Positions 47,022 to 59,516 of a stretch of 64,000 bases of DNA are shown piece after piece. How positions within the stretch are numbered: position 1 is the first letter of the stretch; every line of letters begins with the position of its first letter. The stretch is from Cyanophora paradoxa CCMP329. Its lineage: Eukaryota; Plantae; Glaucophyta. The notes under the pieces are model-generated. The model had not been told where the DNA came from. It saw only the letters and a program-made list of their open reading frames with translations, and made no database searches. The translations under genes and the position numbers were made by a program. The stretch covers positions 1-64,000 of the forward strand of contig QPMI01000672.1 in NCBI GenBank assembly GCA_004431415.1, in the 5' to 3' direction.

Positions 47022-47352
47022 TTATATATTGTTTGCCAAGAATCGAACCGGTTCTGAATCGGCACTGAGCAGTCAAGTGCACCACAGCACTTCAGGAAGA
47101 AAAAAGGAAAAAAAGGGACTTTCCATTGACAGAACTGCCGGATACCCAATTTGAGCCACAAAACTCCACTCTGTGGCAGATCTTCCCACTTCATACTTCC
47201 AAGCTCACTGGCAAGGGCAGCGGCTGCCGCTACTTTTTTTAAGAAGTCACAGAGTCATACATCACTCAGTGACTTTTCCTTCTCATGTGGAGCCTGTCTC
47301 AGTGACCACAGTGAGTCAAGGCAGCACTGGCAGCCTTCAAGTGCATATCGAA

Positions 47353-50023
47353 CAAGCAGGGGGGCTCCGCCCCCCCGCACCCCCCCAGTGTTATTTAGGA
47401 ATCTTTGATTTCTTGTGGTCTATTCTTCTTCTTCTACGTACTACTACTACTACTTATTAATTGACCTCCTGCACCAGCTTCTGGCGTTCTCAATGATGAT
47501 GCTGATGCTCCCAGCTCGCCTCCGCTCTCTCCTCAAGTGATTATTGACCTCCTTGATCCCGAACTTGAAGCTGATTTATTTCTTTCTTCTCCTGAAATTG
47601 CTGCTGATATTACTGAGGATGCTCCCAATGTTGGGGCCATTCGTCGTCTCTTCCTTCTTCCTCTGTTCCTATGGACACTGATCCTGTCTTGGCTCCTGAT
47701 TTCAACCTGAAGCGCCGTCGACCCTCTACCCCTGCTCCTCCTTGCCTCTCGGATGCCTATGGTTACCCAAACGGTACTATTGACCCATCTTTTCTTCCTT
47801 CCGTTAAACGTTTGCATCTTTCCTCTCCTGCTGACCTTTCGGTTCTAAGTGATGATTCGGGTTCTCCTGTGGTGCTCATTGACTATGATGCTGAAACTGA
47901 TGCCATGGACCTTTAATTTCTCTCCTCGACTGGGGTTTAAAGCTCTAAACAGGATCGGGAATACCCCAGGCCGGCATTAGGAAGAGGCCCGCATTGGGAT
48001 TTCGCCGATTGTTTTCCAGGTTTGCGTGTATGAGCGCCGGACCGCCGGGGCATACATGGTGAACTGTATAGGCGCCCGTCTGCGCCGCCACTACCCTTGT
48101 CTGGTTGGTTCACTGTCGATTGTGCTTCGGGCCTTCGGGTCCTTCGCCTTTCGTCAAAACCGCACAACCGGCTTGGGCGTGTCTTATACATACTCTTCTT
48201 CTTTTATTAATTGAACAAAGAATGAGACTGAAGTACTAAAGTTGTGAAGACAGAACAGAAGAAGCTGAAGCACTGAACATGAAGAACAGAACAGATCTGA
48301 GTGCATGAAAGATGTAGAAAGTAAACACTGATCATGTAATCAGGAAACAATGCACAAGATGCTATGTAGTCCAAAGCTAGGCTTCATCATTTATGGCTTG
48401 TCATGAAACATAGTGCTTTGCAATTTGTGTTTAATTCATGATTCTTGGCTGGCAAAGAAATTAAAGGGCGATTTGATATTCTTAGCTATAGCTATATATA
48501 TAGCTTTAGCCAGGAAGATGAGAAGAAGAGCTAAAGCACTGAACAATTGCAAGAAGTTTGAAACTGCATGCATGAATCTCTTGTGGTTCAATCGTATTAC
48601 AAAGAAGGAAAATGAAGCTGAAGCACTGAAGAAGAGAGCATTTCAGAACAGATCCAGAAACAATGAAGTGATCACAAAACAATACAAAAGAAGCACATGC
48701 AATGTATTTCAAAGGTTTGATCATTTATGTTCTAGATCTGTCATCAAATATCGAGTTTTGGTGTTAAATACTGGCCATGGCTGGCAAAGCAAGGGCAATT
48801 CTTAGCAGGAAAGTGGGCAAGAAGCTTGAACGTTAACATTTATTGCAGCAGTGATATATATATATATACTGTCCAAGTCCCTGTAGCTTTGTACCCCTGT
48901 ACCTCAGTCTGCCTGTACCCCCAATACACCACCTTGCCAGCTATCTAGCCTGGCAATACATTGCAGCACTGATCATGAACAATTGCAAGAAGCTTAAGAA
49001 TTGAACACTTCAATTGACAACTTGGCAAAAACAACCTGGCAAGGTTGTAGAAGAATTGATCATGAACAAGTCAATCATTGATCATTTCATTTCATGCATG
49101 TAACATGCAACAATATTTTATGCATGCAATGATGCCATGATGAATAATGCATGCATCATGATCAATATAAAGATCTAGATGCCACTGGGCCATTGTTGTT
49201 GTTGTTGAAACTCCTAGTAGTTGTTGTTGTGTGCTAATGCAAATCGTTTGCCATCTAGAAAAGAATGTTGTTTGTTTTGTGAAACAAAAAATGCCAAGTA
49301 CAATCTCTTCAATTTCAATTTGGCAAGTTTCTGTTTTGTTTGTTGTGAATGTGTGAACGTTGTGCTGGTGTTGTGTTTTTTTTTGTCTTGTTTTGTTGTT
49401 TGTACATTGTGGAACATATGCTTTTCTTTTTGTTGTACATGCCAAGCTGTTTAGTGTATTATATATTGTTTGCCAAGAATCGAACCGGTTCTGAATCGGC
49501 ACTGAGCAGTCAAGTGCACCACAGCACTTCAGGAAGAAAAAAGGGAAAAAAGGGACTTTCCATTGACAGAACTGCCGGATACCCAATTTGAGCCACAAAA
49601 CTCCACTCTGTGGCAGATCTTCCCACTTCATACTTCCAAGCTCACTGGCAAGGGCAGCGGCTGCCGCTACTTTTTTTAAGAAGTCACAGAGTCATACATC
49701 ACTCAGTGACTTTTCCTTCTCATGTGGAGCCTGTCTCAGTGACCACAGTGAGTCAAGGCAGCACTGGCAGCCTTCAAGTGCATATCGAATTGAGTATACC
49801 AATGAGAGCGACAACTCAACCACTGGCCTGCGATTCACAAGTTCCCCACTTACCAAACATGCTGGCACGACTGTTGGCAGCCCAGGCTGGACCACCCATG
49901 GAGCACAGTCCAGTCAGTGACTTTGACTGTTCGCACCGCTCTCAATGCTGGCAGTTTGAGTCTGCCGTAGTACTAAACGGAATTTTCTTCCAAGGGGAAC
50001 ATGGGTTAATCTACTATGTAGCA
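47353..50023 (-). mobile_element. Helitron-like copy 3 (2671 bp) carrying the truncated LINE, inserted in copy 1
   Basis: Interrupts ATCGAA|TTGAGT, which is intact near 46782-46793 and 49784-49795. Confidence 0.8.
47465..48203 (+). mobile_element. Same 5'-truncated LINE, uninterrupted
   Basis: TSD TTATTAATTGA at 47454-47464 and 48204-48214. Single GCGCCCGTCTGCG site at 48072-48084. Confidence 0.93.
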
Positions 50024-50343
50024 TTGAGTATACCAATGAGAGCGACAACTCAACCACTGGCCTGCGATTCACAAGTTCCCCACTTACCAAACATGCTGGC
50101 ACGACTGTTGGCAGCCCAGGCTGGACCACCCATGGAGCACAGTCCAGTCAGTGACTTTGACTGTTCGCACCGCTCTCAATGCTGGCAGTTTGAGTCTGCC
50201 GTAGTACTAAACGGAATTTTCTTCCAAGGGGAACATGGGTTAATCTACTATGTAGCAGAGAATTTAAAGCCAGAAATACTAACTAACTAGTCCTGAAGCC
50301 GGACTCCGGGAAGCTTGAAGAACAGAGGTCGAACCAGCTCACT

Positions 50344-53300
50344 TCAATTGGCCTCGCGCGACGATGTCGACTCGGCGGATCACACGTCACCGAGGAGGCG
50401 GGCGCGGGAGAGGCTCTGGGAGCCGCCCTTGCGGAGGGCCCCGCCGCCTCCCCCCGAGCCGAAGGAGTCGCCGAGGGCCGCCGGCGCCTCCCCCGCCTTG
50501 GGCGTGTGCATGGAGCTGCGGGGCGGGGCCGCCGGCGCGACTCAGTGGACGGTTACCCAGGGGCTGGGAGCTTGAAGGGAGCGGGGCGGGGCGGGGCGGG
50601 GCGGGGGCGCACTCGAGGACTGCGGCCTCGAGGGAGTCGACGGAGGAGACGACGGCGGCGGCGCGCTGCTGGATGCTCCGCAGCGTCGCCGAGATCGCCC
50701 CGGGGTTCAGCCGCCCGCTCCCCGACCCCCGCCCCGCCTCCCCGACCCCCTCCCGCCCCCCCCACGCCCCGCCTCGCCCCCGCCGCCCCCGCGTCGGCGA
50801 GCGGCGCCCCGTGCGCGACGGGGAGCGGTTGGGGCGGTGGCCCGCACGCCCGCCGTCGAGCGGGGGCAGGACGGCGACGCCGTAGTAGGAGGGGGGGCGG
50901 AGGCCGGCGTGGGGGAGTGCGGGGGGCCGGCGGGGGCGGAGGGGATGGCGGGGAGCAGGCGGGCGGCCTGCCCCACGGAGGAGGAGGCCGAGCGGGCCAT
51001 GGCCGGCGGCGGGGAGCGGCGGGCGGGCCCCTGCGGCGGGCTCCCCGGCGAGGAGGCCCCCGGGGCCGCCGCGCTCGCGATCGCCACCAGCTCGTCGGTC
51101 ACGTGCCGCCCCGCCCGCGCCGCCTCCTGCGCCCTCGCCCCGTCACCCCGGCCCGGCCGGCCCCGCGCGAGAGAGCGGCGCACGGTGGCGCGGGCGTGGG
51201 CCTTGGGCGGCGTCGCGCCGTACGGCGACTCCTCCGCCAGCTGCGGGGGCGATCGGGCGGCGCCGGCGGGCGGGCGGCCGTGCTGGCGAGGCGCACCCGC
51301 GCGGCGGCCGCGCGGTCGGCGGGCGAGGGACCCGCGTACCGCGAGCGCTGCGAGCGCTGGCCCCGGTCCGACTGGCCTGCGGCGGCGCGCTCCGAGTGCC
51401 GCCCCGCGCGCGCCCGCCGCTCCCGCAGCGCCGCCGCGAGCCTGCCGGGGCCTCGGCGCGGGCGCGGCGAGCGAGGGCGGGGGGCGCACAGGCGGGCGGC
51501 GCGGGCGCGGAAGGCGGCCTGGATGCGGGCGGCGGCGTGCTCGGCGACGGCGTAGAAGCCCATGCCGGCCCGCCGCCGCGCCGTCGCCCACCCCACGCCC
51601 CGCGCCACGCTCCCCGCCAGCGCCTTGATCTCCGCCCCCGCCCGCCGCGCCAGCTCCCGCCGCCGCGCCGGCCACCCCGGCAGCAGCGCCCGCCGCTCCC
51701 GCCGCGCCCGCAGCGCCCGCGCGGCACTCTGGAGGACGGCGGCGGCGCGGTCGAGGCGGAGGCGGGCGGCGCGGGAGCGGGCCCGCCGCGCGAGGCGCCG
51801 CCGGACGGCCGCCTGCAGCAGCACAACCGCCCGCGCCCGCATCTGTGCGGCGCGGTCGGCGCGGCGGCGGCGGCGGGGAGGGCGCGGGGACGGGGCGGAC
51901 GGCGCGGCGGGCGACCTCCTCCTCCCCCCGGGCGCGCGCCTCCGCCCGCCCCTGCTCCAGCGACCGTAGCAGCTGCCGGCGAGTCAGGCGGCGCTCAAGA
52001 GGCCGCGGGGCGGGGGCCGGGGCGGGCCTGGATCTCGGAGCGGCGCTGCTGGGCGGTCTCGAGCTCGGCGGGGCGCGGGAGGACGAAGACGGGCACCGAG
52101 GCCCGCCCGACCGCGACGAGCTCTGCGCCTGCCGCCCCCTGAGCGCGGGAGGCGCAGGCCGTCGCTGCGCGCACCAGGATCCGCGCGCTCGCGCCCCCGA
52201 CGGTCTGCGCGTGCGGGATGCGCGCGAAGGCGGGGGACGGAGTGGGGGCCGGGGCGGGGGCGGTGGGGCGGCCGGGCAGGGGGTGGTGCCCCGGTGGCGG
52301 GGCGGAGGGGCGGAGGGGATGGGGGCGGCGGGCCGGGGCTCGGGCCGCGGGGCGGGGGACGGGGACGGGGCGGGGCTCGGGGCGGCGCGGGAGCGGACGG
52401 AGGATGTGGAGGCGGCCTGCTGGGCGGCGAGCTGCCGCTGGAGCAGCCGCTGGCGCTGCAGCAGCAGCCGGAAGCGCCGCGAGAGGAGCGCCCGCCACGC
52501 CGACTGACGCGGGGCGTCGGGCGGCGAGGCGGCGAGTAAAGGCGGGAGCGCTCGCCTGGATGCGGACGGCGGCGAAGGCGCGGGCCTTCTGCCGGAGGAA
52601 CGGGGGCGGGGGCGTCCTCTTGAGGCTCTGCAGGGCCCGCCGGGCGGCCCGGCGCCGCACGCAGGCCTGGATGCGCTTCGCGGCCCGCTCGAGGATCGGC
52701 TGCGAGGAGCGGGAGCGTGAGGGGCGGGAGAGGGCGCGGTGGTGCCCGGAGGGCGGCACCGCCATCTCAGCGCGGACGCGGGCCTCCTCGGCCTCCCGGC
52801 GCCCCCGCTCCGCCCGCGCCTCCTCCCGCTCCCGCACGAACGCCCTCTGCGCGGGCCGCGCCCGTCGGACGGGGGCCGGGGCGGGCGGGGCGGGGCGGGG
52901 GCGGGGCGCGGACCCGCTGGCGGAGGGCGCGGTAGGCGGCGGCGATGGCGGCGGCGGCGCGGTGCCGCCGGCGCGCCTCGCGGAAGGGCAGCATCGCCCG
53001 GTACGACCGCAGCCTCCGCCACACCTGCCCCCCCCTCGCACCCGGCCCGGTGCCGGCCGCGCGGTACGCGGCACGCGCGCACGGCCTGGATCTTGGCGGC
53101 GGCTCGGAAGGCCCGCGCCCGCGCGAAGTGGCCCCGCAGCTTGTAGCGCGTCTGGAAGAGGGCGGTGAGGGGCCGGGCCGGGGCGGGGAGGGGGCCGGGG
53201 CGCACGAAGAGGCCGCGCAGCGCCGGCGCGATGATCTTCGCCGCGCTCGAGCGCTCCGCGGCGGGGTACGGCTGCCCCCGCCGTGAGCGAGGGCCCGGCC

Positions 53301-54934
53301 GAGCCCGCACGGCGCCCGCGCACCCCCGCGATGCGCTGGTCCTTCAAGAAGTCCCACCAGACCGGCACGGGCTCGCCCGCGGGCCCCGGCACCTGCCCCG
53401 CGGGGCGCCGTGAGGGCCGGGGGCGGGCGGGGGAGGGGAGGAGGGGCGTGCGGCGATGTCGAGGGCGGGGGAGATGGCGAGGTAGCGGCTGGCGCGGGCG
53501 TAGTCCTCGTCCGTCCCCCGCAGGCCCCGCGCCACCGCAGCCCGTATCCGCACGATCTGCGCCCCGCTGTCAGCCCGGAGCGCGCGGGGCGGCGAGGACA
53601 GGCGGGCGGCGCGCCTTGCCGCGCATGGGCACGTCGGACGGGTGCTGCCGCGTCGTCACGCCCGTCTGGGGGTTCTGCGAGGGGCTCAGCGGGGGCCGGG
53701 GGCGGGCGCGCGCTCGCGGGGCCACGCGCGTGGTAGTAGGGCCCGTAGTCGTCCTCGTGCTCTGCGCGACGTCAGCGAGGGGAGGAGGGGCGGGGGTCGG
53801 GGGTGGGCGGGCCGGTCCAGGGGGCGGGGAGGCCGGCGGCGAGGGCGTCGCGGGCGAGCCAGAGGAGGTGCGGCTCGTGCTCCGGGTGCACGCCCAGGAA
53901 GCGCCCCATGTCCCGCACCTCCCGCCCCCGTCAGCGAGCCCGGGGCGAGGGCGGCGGGGCCGGCACCTCGTCGGGGGTGCACATCTTGGAGGGGGCGACC
54001 GAGGGCCCCCCGCCGCCGCCAGCGCCCCCGCTCGCCAGCGCCGCCCGCACGCCCGCCATCACCTCCTTCTTCTTCTCCCTGCCGCCCCGCGCCCCGCTCG
54101 GCGCGTCCAGGGCCGGGGCGGGCCGGGGCCGGGGCGGGCGCACTCGCGCTTGGCCTCCTCGAGCTGGCGCTGGCGCTCCTGCTTCGCGTCCCGCTTCGCC
54201 TTCAGGTCCTTGATCATCTCCCTGCGCCCCCCCCGGCGCTCGCCCGCCGCGCCGCTCGGGCGCGGGGCGGGGCCCGGAGCACAGCACCTGAAGATGCCGT
54301 CGGCGGGGTGCTCCGGCTGGCTCGTGTCCGTCTTCTCGTGGTAGTAGAAGATCTTGCCCCCCGGCGCCACGTGCTCGCTCCAGCCCTCTGCCCCCCGGCC
54401 CGCCCTCCTGTCAGGCGCCGGCGCCCCCCCGCGGGGGCACGGGGCGGACCGGGGAGCGGGGCGAGGATCGCCTGCTCCGCGACCCACACCAGCGCCGCGT
54501 CCTCGGGGTACTTGAGCCCTGGCGCGCGTTCGGGGCTCGGGGCGGCGCGAGAGCGCGCGCGGGGGGAGGAGGGGGGTACCGAGGTAGAGGCCGTACTGGG
54601 CGATCTCGGTGGCGGAGGGGGTGCCGCCATGGGGCACGCGCTTCGGGGCGGCGGCGGCGCCGCCGGAGGCCTCGCGGAGGAGGCGGAGGCCCTCGCGCTC
54701 GTCCCTTTCAAACGTGTCCTCCTCCCCCTTCACCTGCCCGCCCCGCCCCCTCAGCCGCCGCCGCTGCACGGCCCCGCCGCCCCCGCGGCGCCTGCGAGCC
54801 TTCTTCAGCATCGTCCCCATGGACTTGCGGCGGTTCGATGTGCCCCACTTGACGTCGCCCCCCGCCCCCTCCGCCGCCGTCGCCGGGACCGCCTTTCGCT
54901 TCTGCGCATCGTCGGGCCCGCCCATCGCCACCAT
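50344..54934 (-). CDS. Multi-exon protein with a CEP164-N-like/WW domain and multiple IQ motifs
   Basis: EIAQYGLYLG|LKYPEDAALVWVAEQAILAPLP|EGWSEH..GKIFYYH..SQPEHPAD. IQ motifs AAKRIQACVRR, AVVLLQAAVRR, AAARIQAAFRA and others. The 3' end is approximate. Confidence 0.7.
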
Positions 54935-55917
54935 AGAGTGCCGACAGCGCCTTAGCTACTGCACGCCGCGCGGCAGCAGGCCCCCGAGGTCCGCACGAGG
55001 CGGGGCAGCCCGCCTGCGTAACAGATGAGCCTCCGTGACCGAGGTGCAGGGAAGGCGCGGCAGGGACGGCGGTGACCGCACTTCGCAGGACCGACAGCAG
55101 CTGCCACAGTCACGCTGGAAGCTGCTAGGCTAGCTAATCGGGCGCGGGGCGATCCTGGACGTTTGCTGCCCCTGCTGCGCCGCTGGATCGCGCTCCTTGC
55201 CGGAACCACGGTGTACTCTCTGTGCGAACGCGGCCTGCAAGACAGCGGAGGCGTGCTGTGTGCTTCCTCTTGGAAGTCGGAGGTCTTAACGATGCCCAGC
55301 TAGGATCCGCGCTCCGCCGGCAGGGAGCTATTGCATTACGGGTGCCTCCTGGCCATGCCTCTTCTCCAGCCCGGACCTCACGCCGTGCAGACCTTAATTG
55401 CTGGTCCTTGCAACCTCTGGGGGTAGTCCATATGCTGCGGCTGGGAACTCGCTTGCAATTGCAATTGACCGCGGCCGTCGTCGAGAGAGACGTCGGCAAA
55501 GCGACAGCGACGGCGAAGCGACGCGGCCGCCGCATTGTCAAGTAACGATGCCGCTGGCTTTCCGAAGTTCGCGGCGTTACGTTACAGCTATAGCTAGCTA
55601 TGTAGCGACTGCAGCGACTATAGCTAGTTATAGCTAGCCGCTGAGCTATAGCTCGTGCGCGGGAGGGGCATGCAGCTAGCTATAGCTAGCTACATGCATA
55701 TGTACAGCGCGTCGACGTCGACTGAGCGGCTTGCGCCGCATGCAACGTCGACGTCGTGCCGCAGTGCACGTGCGCGTGACTGAGTGCACATGCAGCACGA
55801 TGCGTCGTCTAACCACACAGTCGCCGACGCCGCGGCGCAGCCATGGCTACCGCCAGCAAAACCACCTCGGAGCTTACTTGGTGAGCTTCCTGTTTGGGCC
55901 GGACGGGGCGTGCGATG

Positions 55918-55989
55918 TGCGACCGGCGGGGGTCGAACCCGCGACAGCTGGCTCATAAGACCAGCGCTCTACCTCTGAGCTACGGAAGC
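55918..55989 (-). tRNA. tRNA-Ile(UAU), intronless, with two acceptor-stem mismatches
   Basis: GCTTCCG TA GCTC AGAGGTA GAGC G CTGGT CTTATGA GCCAG CTGTC GCGGG TTCGACC CCCGC CGGTCGC A. Confidence 0.85.
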
Positions 55990-56576
55990 ATACTGATTTT
56001 CGAAATTTCGGAGTCGGTACTAGTCGCTTAGCAGCCCATCCGCATGCGTGTCGATCTCGCCGAGCCCGAAAGGTTTGCCTTCACGGAGTCCGGCCCACTG
56101 CTTTCTGTGCTCGAGCTCATGATCAGGGGCTAGTGCTTAGCGCGTGTCTCGAGTGCGGCTGGCACATAGATAGCTCGAGCCGGCGCCGCGCCGCCGCAGG
56201 CTCGAGCTCCATCCTGCGCGCGGGCCCCCATATGCATCCTGCAAAATCCCACCGCTGATCCCGATCCACCGTGGCACCTGTGCTAGCGCTTGCTAACTGG
56301 TGCTGCAACCTACGGCACTGCATCCAGGCCGGAGCCTCGGAGAGGGCGCACTCCCTCGCTAGCTAGATAGCCGCTCTCGCGGTGGATGGCGGGCTGGGCC
56401 TACTCGCCGTGGTTGCATCCCACCGTACGCGTGGCACGGCGTCGCCCCTGGGCTGGCCCCGGAGCCCGTCTCTAAATCCATGCGAGGAAGCTCGCATTCC
56501 GATTTTCTCCTAACGTCCGGCCTCGCGCAAGTGGTGCGTGCCGTGGCCATCGTGGCACGGGCACCGCTGCAGGGCG

Positions 56577-59122
56577 CTACTTGGAGGTGGCCTTGGTGTT
56601 GGCGCCGCGCCAGCCGCTCTTGACGCCGAGGCGCCGCATCTCGATGCCCCGCCGCGGCGTCGCCCACGCGTCCGCCCCGCCCTCCGCCTCCCAGCGCCCG
56701 CCGTAGCCCGGCTCCTCCTCGCTCGGCCCGCCGTCGCTCCCCGGCCGCCGCGCGCTCCTCGCCCCGTTCTCCTTCCCCGCACCCTCCGCGCCCAGCACGA
56801 GGCCCGGGGGGAACCCGTGGCCGCGCCCGCCGCCGGGGGCCCCCAGGCCGCCCCCGCCGCCTCTCCTGCCCTTCTCCATCATCGCCCTGCGGGGCGCGGC
56901 GCTCAGCTCCGCGCAGCAGCCCAACCCAGCTCGGGCGGGCGGGGGGGCACCGGTCGACGAGCTCCTGGTACTCGCGGGCGAGCAGGGACGTCTTCTCGAG
57001 CAGCTCCCGCCGCACGGCCGCCTCCGTCCTGCCCGGGCGCGTCGTGCGCGCTCACCCGCCGCACCTCGGAGCGGCGGCGGGCCACGCACTCGACGCGCAC
57101 GCGCTCGCACTCGGCGGCCAGGGTCTGCCGCTCCTCCGCCCGCACCTTCTCCACCTGCCGTGCGCTTCAGCGCGGCCCGGGGCGGCCCGGGGCGGGGCGG
57201 GGAGGAGCGCCGCGGCGCGCCTCGATCTCGAGGGTGCGGCAGCGCTCCTTCAGCGCCTCCTGCAGAGCGGGGGCCGGGTGAGAGTTGCGAGGGGCTCCCG
57301 AGGTGCGGCGGGGCGGGGCGGACGAAGGCGGCGACGTAGACCTCCATCTCCTTGCCCCGCATGCGCTCCGCCTGCTGCTGCTGCTCGAAGCGTGCCCGCG
57401 CCTCGATCGCCTCCGACTCCCGCTTCAGCTGCCGCGCGTGGCCCGTCCGCTCTGCCTCCAGCTGCCCCCCCGCTGAGGCCGGCCCGGGGCGGGGCGGGGG
57501 CGCGGGGCGGGGGACCTTGGTCTCGAACTCGCCGCGCATCTTGCCGATGCGCTCCTCGTACTCGGCCTTGAGGCGCCCGATGCGCTCCTCGTACTCGGCG
57601 CGCACCGTCGCGAGGCGCGTGTTGCTCGCCTTCTCCGCCTCCGCCCGGATCGCCTCCCCCTGCTCCCGCCTCGCCTGCCCCCGCCCCGGCCTCGGCGGCG
57701 CGCCGGGGGCGCCGGGCGCCTCCCGAGGGCGCGCACCCGCTCGACGACCTCGCGGATGGCGAGCTCCGCCTTCTCCCGCGCGATCCGCGACCGCGCCTCC
57801 TCCTCGCGCCGCGCCGCGTCGGCGGCGATGAGGTACTGCGGAGGGGGTGAGGCGGGCGGCCCCGGGACAAGGCGGCGGCGGCGGCGGCGGCGGGCGCACC
57901 CCGATGGCCTCCTTCTCGCGGTCGCCCTCCACCGAGGCCTTCATCCTGCGGCCCCCGCGCGTGGGGAGGGGCGGGGCGGGCTCTCCTCGGGCTCGGGCGG
58001 GGGGCGGACCGCTTGAGGGCGGCCTCCTCGGCGTCGGCGCGGGCGCGGTCGGCCATCTTGCGCGCCTCGGCGACCGAGACGTAGCCCTCCCCCGCCGGCT
58101 GCACCAGCGCCCCGTTCGGGTCCACCCCCAGCAGGTGCGCCCTGATCTCCCGCTCGTACTTCTTCAGGAAGGTCTGCGCGGCGCCGGCGCGGCGCGGCGT
58201 CGGCGCTGGGGGCGCGGGGCGGGGCGCGGGGCGGACGACGAGGAAGCGGTAGTAGCGGTCGTGCGGGTGCTCGAAGGCCGACTTGTCCTCCAGCGCGTTG
58301 TAGTAGTACCTGCGCCCAACGCCGCGCCTCGGCCCCGCCGGCCCCGCCGCCCCCTCGGCGCGGCATCACGCACACTTGGCCTTCTTCCGTGAAGTGCTGC
58401 GACCAGCCGTCTGCGGGAGGGGCTCGCTCCGCGCCCCCGGGGAGGGGCGCGGGGCGGGGCGGCCGGCGCACCGGGCAGGGGCTCGTTGATGCCCACCTCG
58501 GCGACCCAGAGCCACCGCGTGTCCCGCTCGGGGTTCAGCCCTGCGCGCGGTGAGGCCCCGCCCACGACGAGATTCTGCGCAGGCCCACACGCCGCCCGCC
58601 CAGCGCACCTATGTAGACCCCGAAGTCCCTGGCGCGAGGATCAGTGATCCGGAGGCGGGGGCGGAGCTCCCGGCCTCACTCACCTCACGTCCTCGGACGA
58701 CGGCTTGGGGCCCAGGTTCAGGCCGTTCTTGGGCGCGCCGTCGCCCGGCAAGGGGACGGCGATGTGGGACTTGGCGGCGGCGCCCGGCTGCGGCGCGCGG
58801 GCGGCGAGGCTCAGCGGCGCCGCCGCGGCGCCGCCGCTGCGGGAGGCACCTTCTCAGCGAAGTACGCAGCAGCTATGGAGGAAGTGAGCTGCGCGCCGGG
58901 CGAGCTCGGCCTCGACTCCTTCCTCTGGGCTCCAAGCGCGCTAAGGACTGCGTCCGTGCAGCGTCTCGCGGCGGGTCCGAGATATGCCGGCAGCAGCCGC
59001 GCACCGTTCTCAGAGCCCAGAGCCTTGCCGCGCAGGGCGCCGGTGTTCCGGGCGCTCAGGATCTTCCGCTCCTCGCTCATCGAGACAGCGATCTGCTTCG
59101 ACGCCCATCCCGTGTTCTTCAT
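56577..59122 (-). CDS. Multi-exon protein with a CEP164-N-like/WW domain and a long coiled coil
   Basis: DFGVYIG|LNPERDTRWLWVAEVGINEPLP|DGWSQHFTEEGQ|VYYYN..SAFEHPHD followed by an E/R/A-rich coiled coil. Confidence 0.72.
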
Positions 59123-59516
59123 CCTGGACGCCGGAAGCCAATCTTAGCTAAGCGGACGCCGCTTAGCTGCCCGCCGCCCCCGCTGCAGGAGCGAAGGCGA
59201 ATAGACTGAAGTGGCTCGTAGAGCTGCCGCCGGGGCTATGTATACGGCCGCATCGGGCGGCCCTTGCCTGGAGCTGAGCGGTGCTGATTGAGCTTACACT
59301 ATCTATCCCTTCAACCGCAACCGTGGGGTTTGTACGCCCCGCTTCAGCGTCAGGTAGCCGCTCCGATTCCTGTACCGGTCTGTCATGGACGGCACGTACC
59401 CCCGTGTTCGCGCAAAAACTTAGTGAAGTCCATCCACGAATCAGCCTGTCGTCCCGGAGAATCGCTAAAGCGTGGATTGCATTCTTGATCGATCCCGCCG
59501 GCCGGGGGCTTGAAGG
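59123..59516. promoter_or_regulatory. Probable bidirectional promoter region
   Basis: 394 bp between two divergent start codons. Confidence 0.4.

Larger units (their letters stand above)
34481..50257 (-). mobile_element. Non-autonomous Helitron-like element, copy 1 (outer; about 1.9 kb core plus nested insertions)
   Basis: Minus-strand termini 5'-TGCTACATAGTAG...GGGGGGCGGAGCCCCCC TGCTTG-3' followed by T. No TSD, no TIR. Same termini as copies 2 and 3. Confidence 0.72.

Noticed and set aside
44162-50290. ORFs in the AT-rich element and an apparent 234-bp tandem duplication near 49790-50257
   Set aside because: The ORFs have no domain signal. The duplication is the end of copy 3 followed by the resumed copy 1.
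55580-55700. TAGC/AGCT-rich tract as a regulatory element
   Set aside because: Low-complexity sequence that recurs in several intergenic regions, with no further support.
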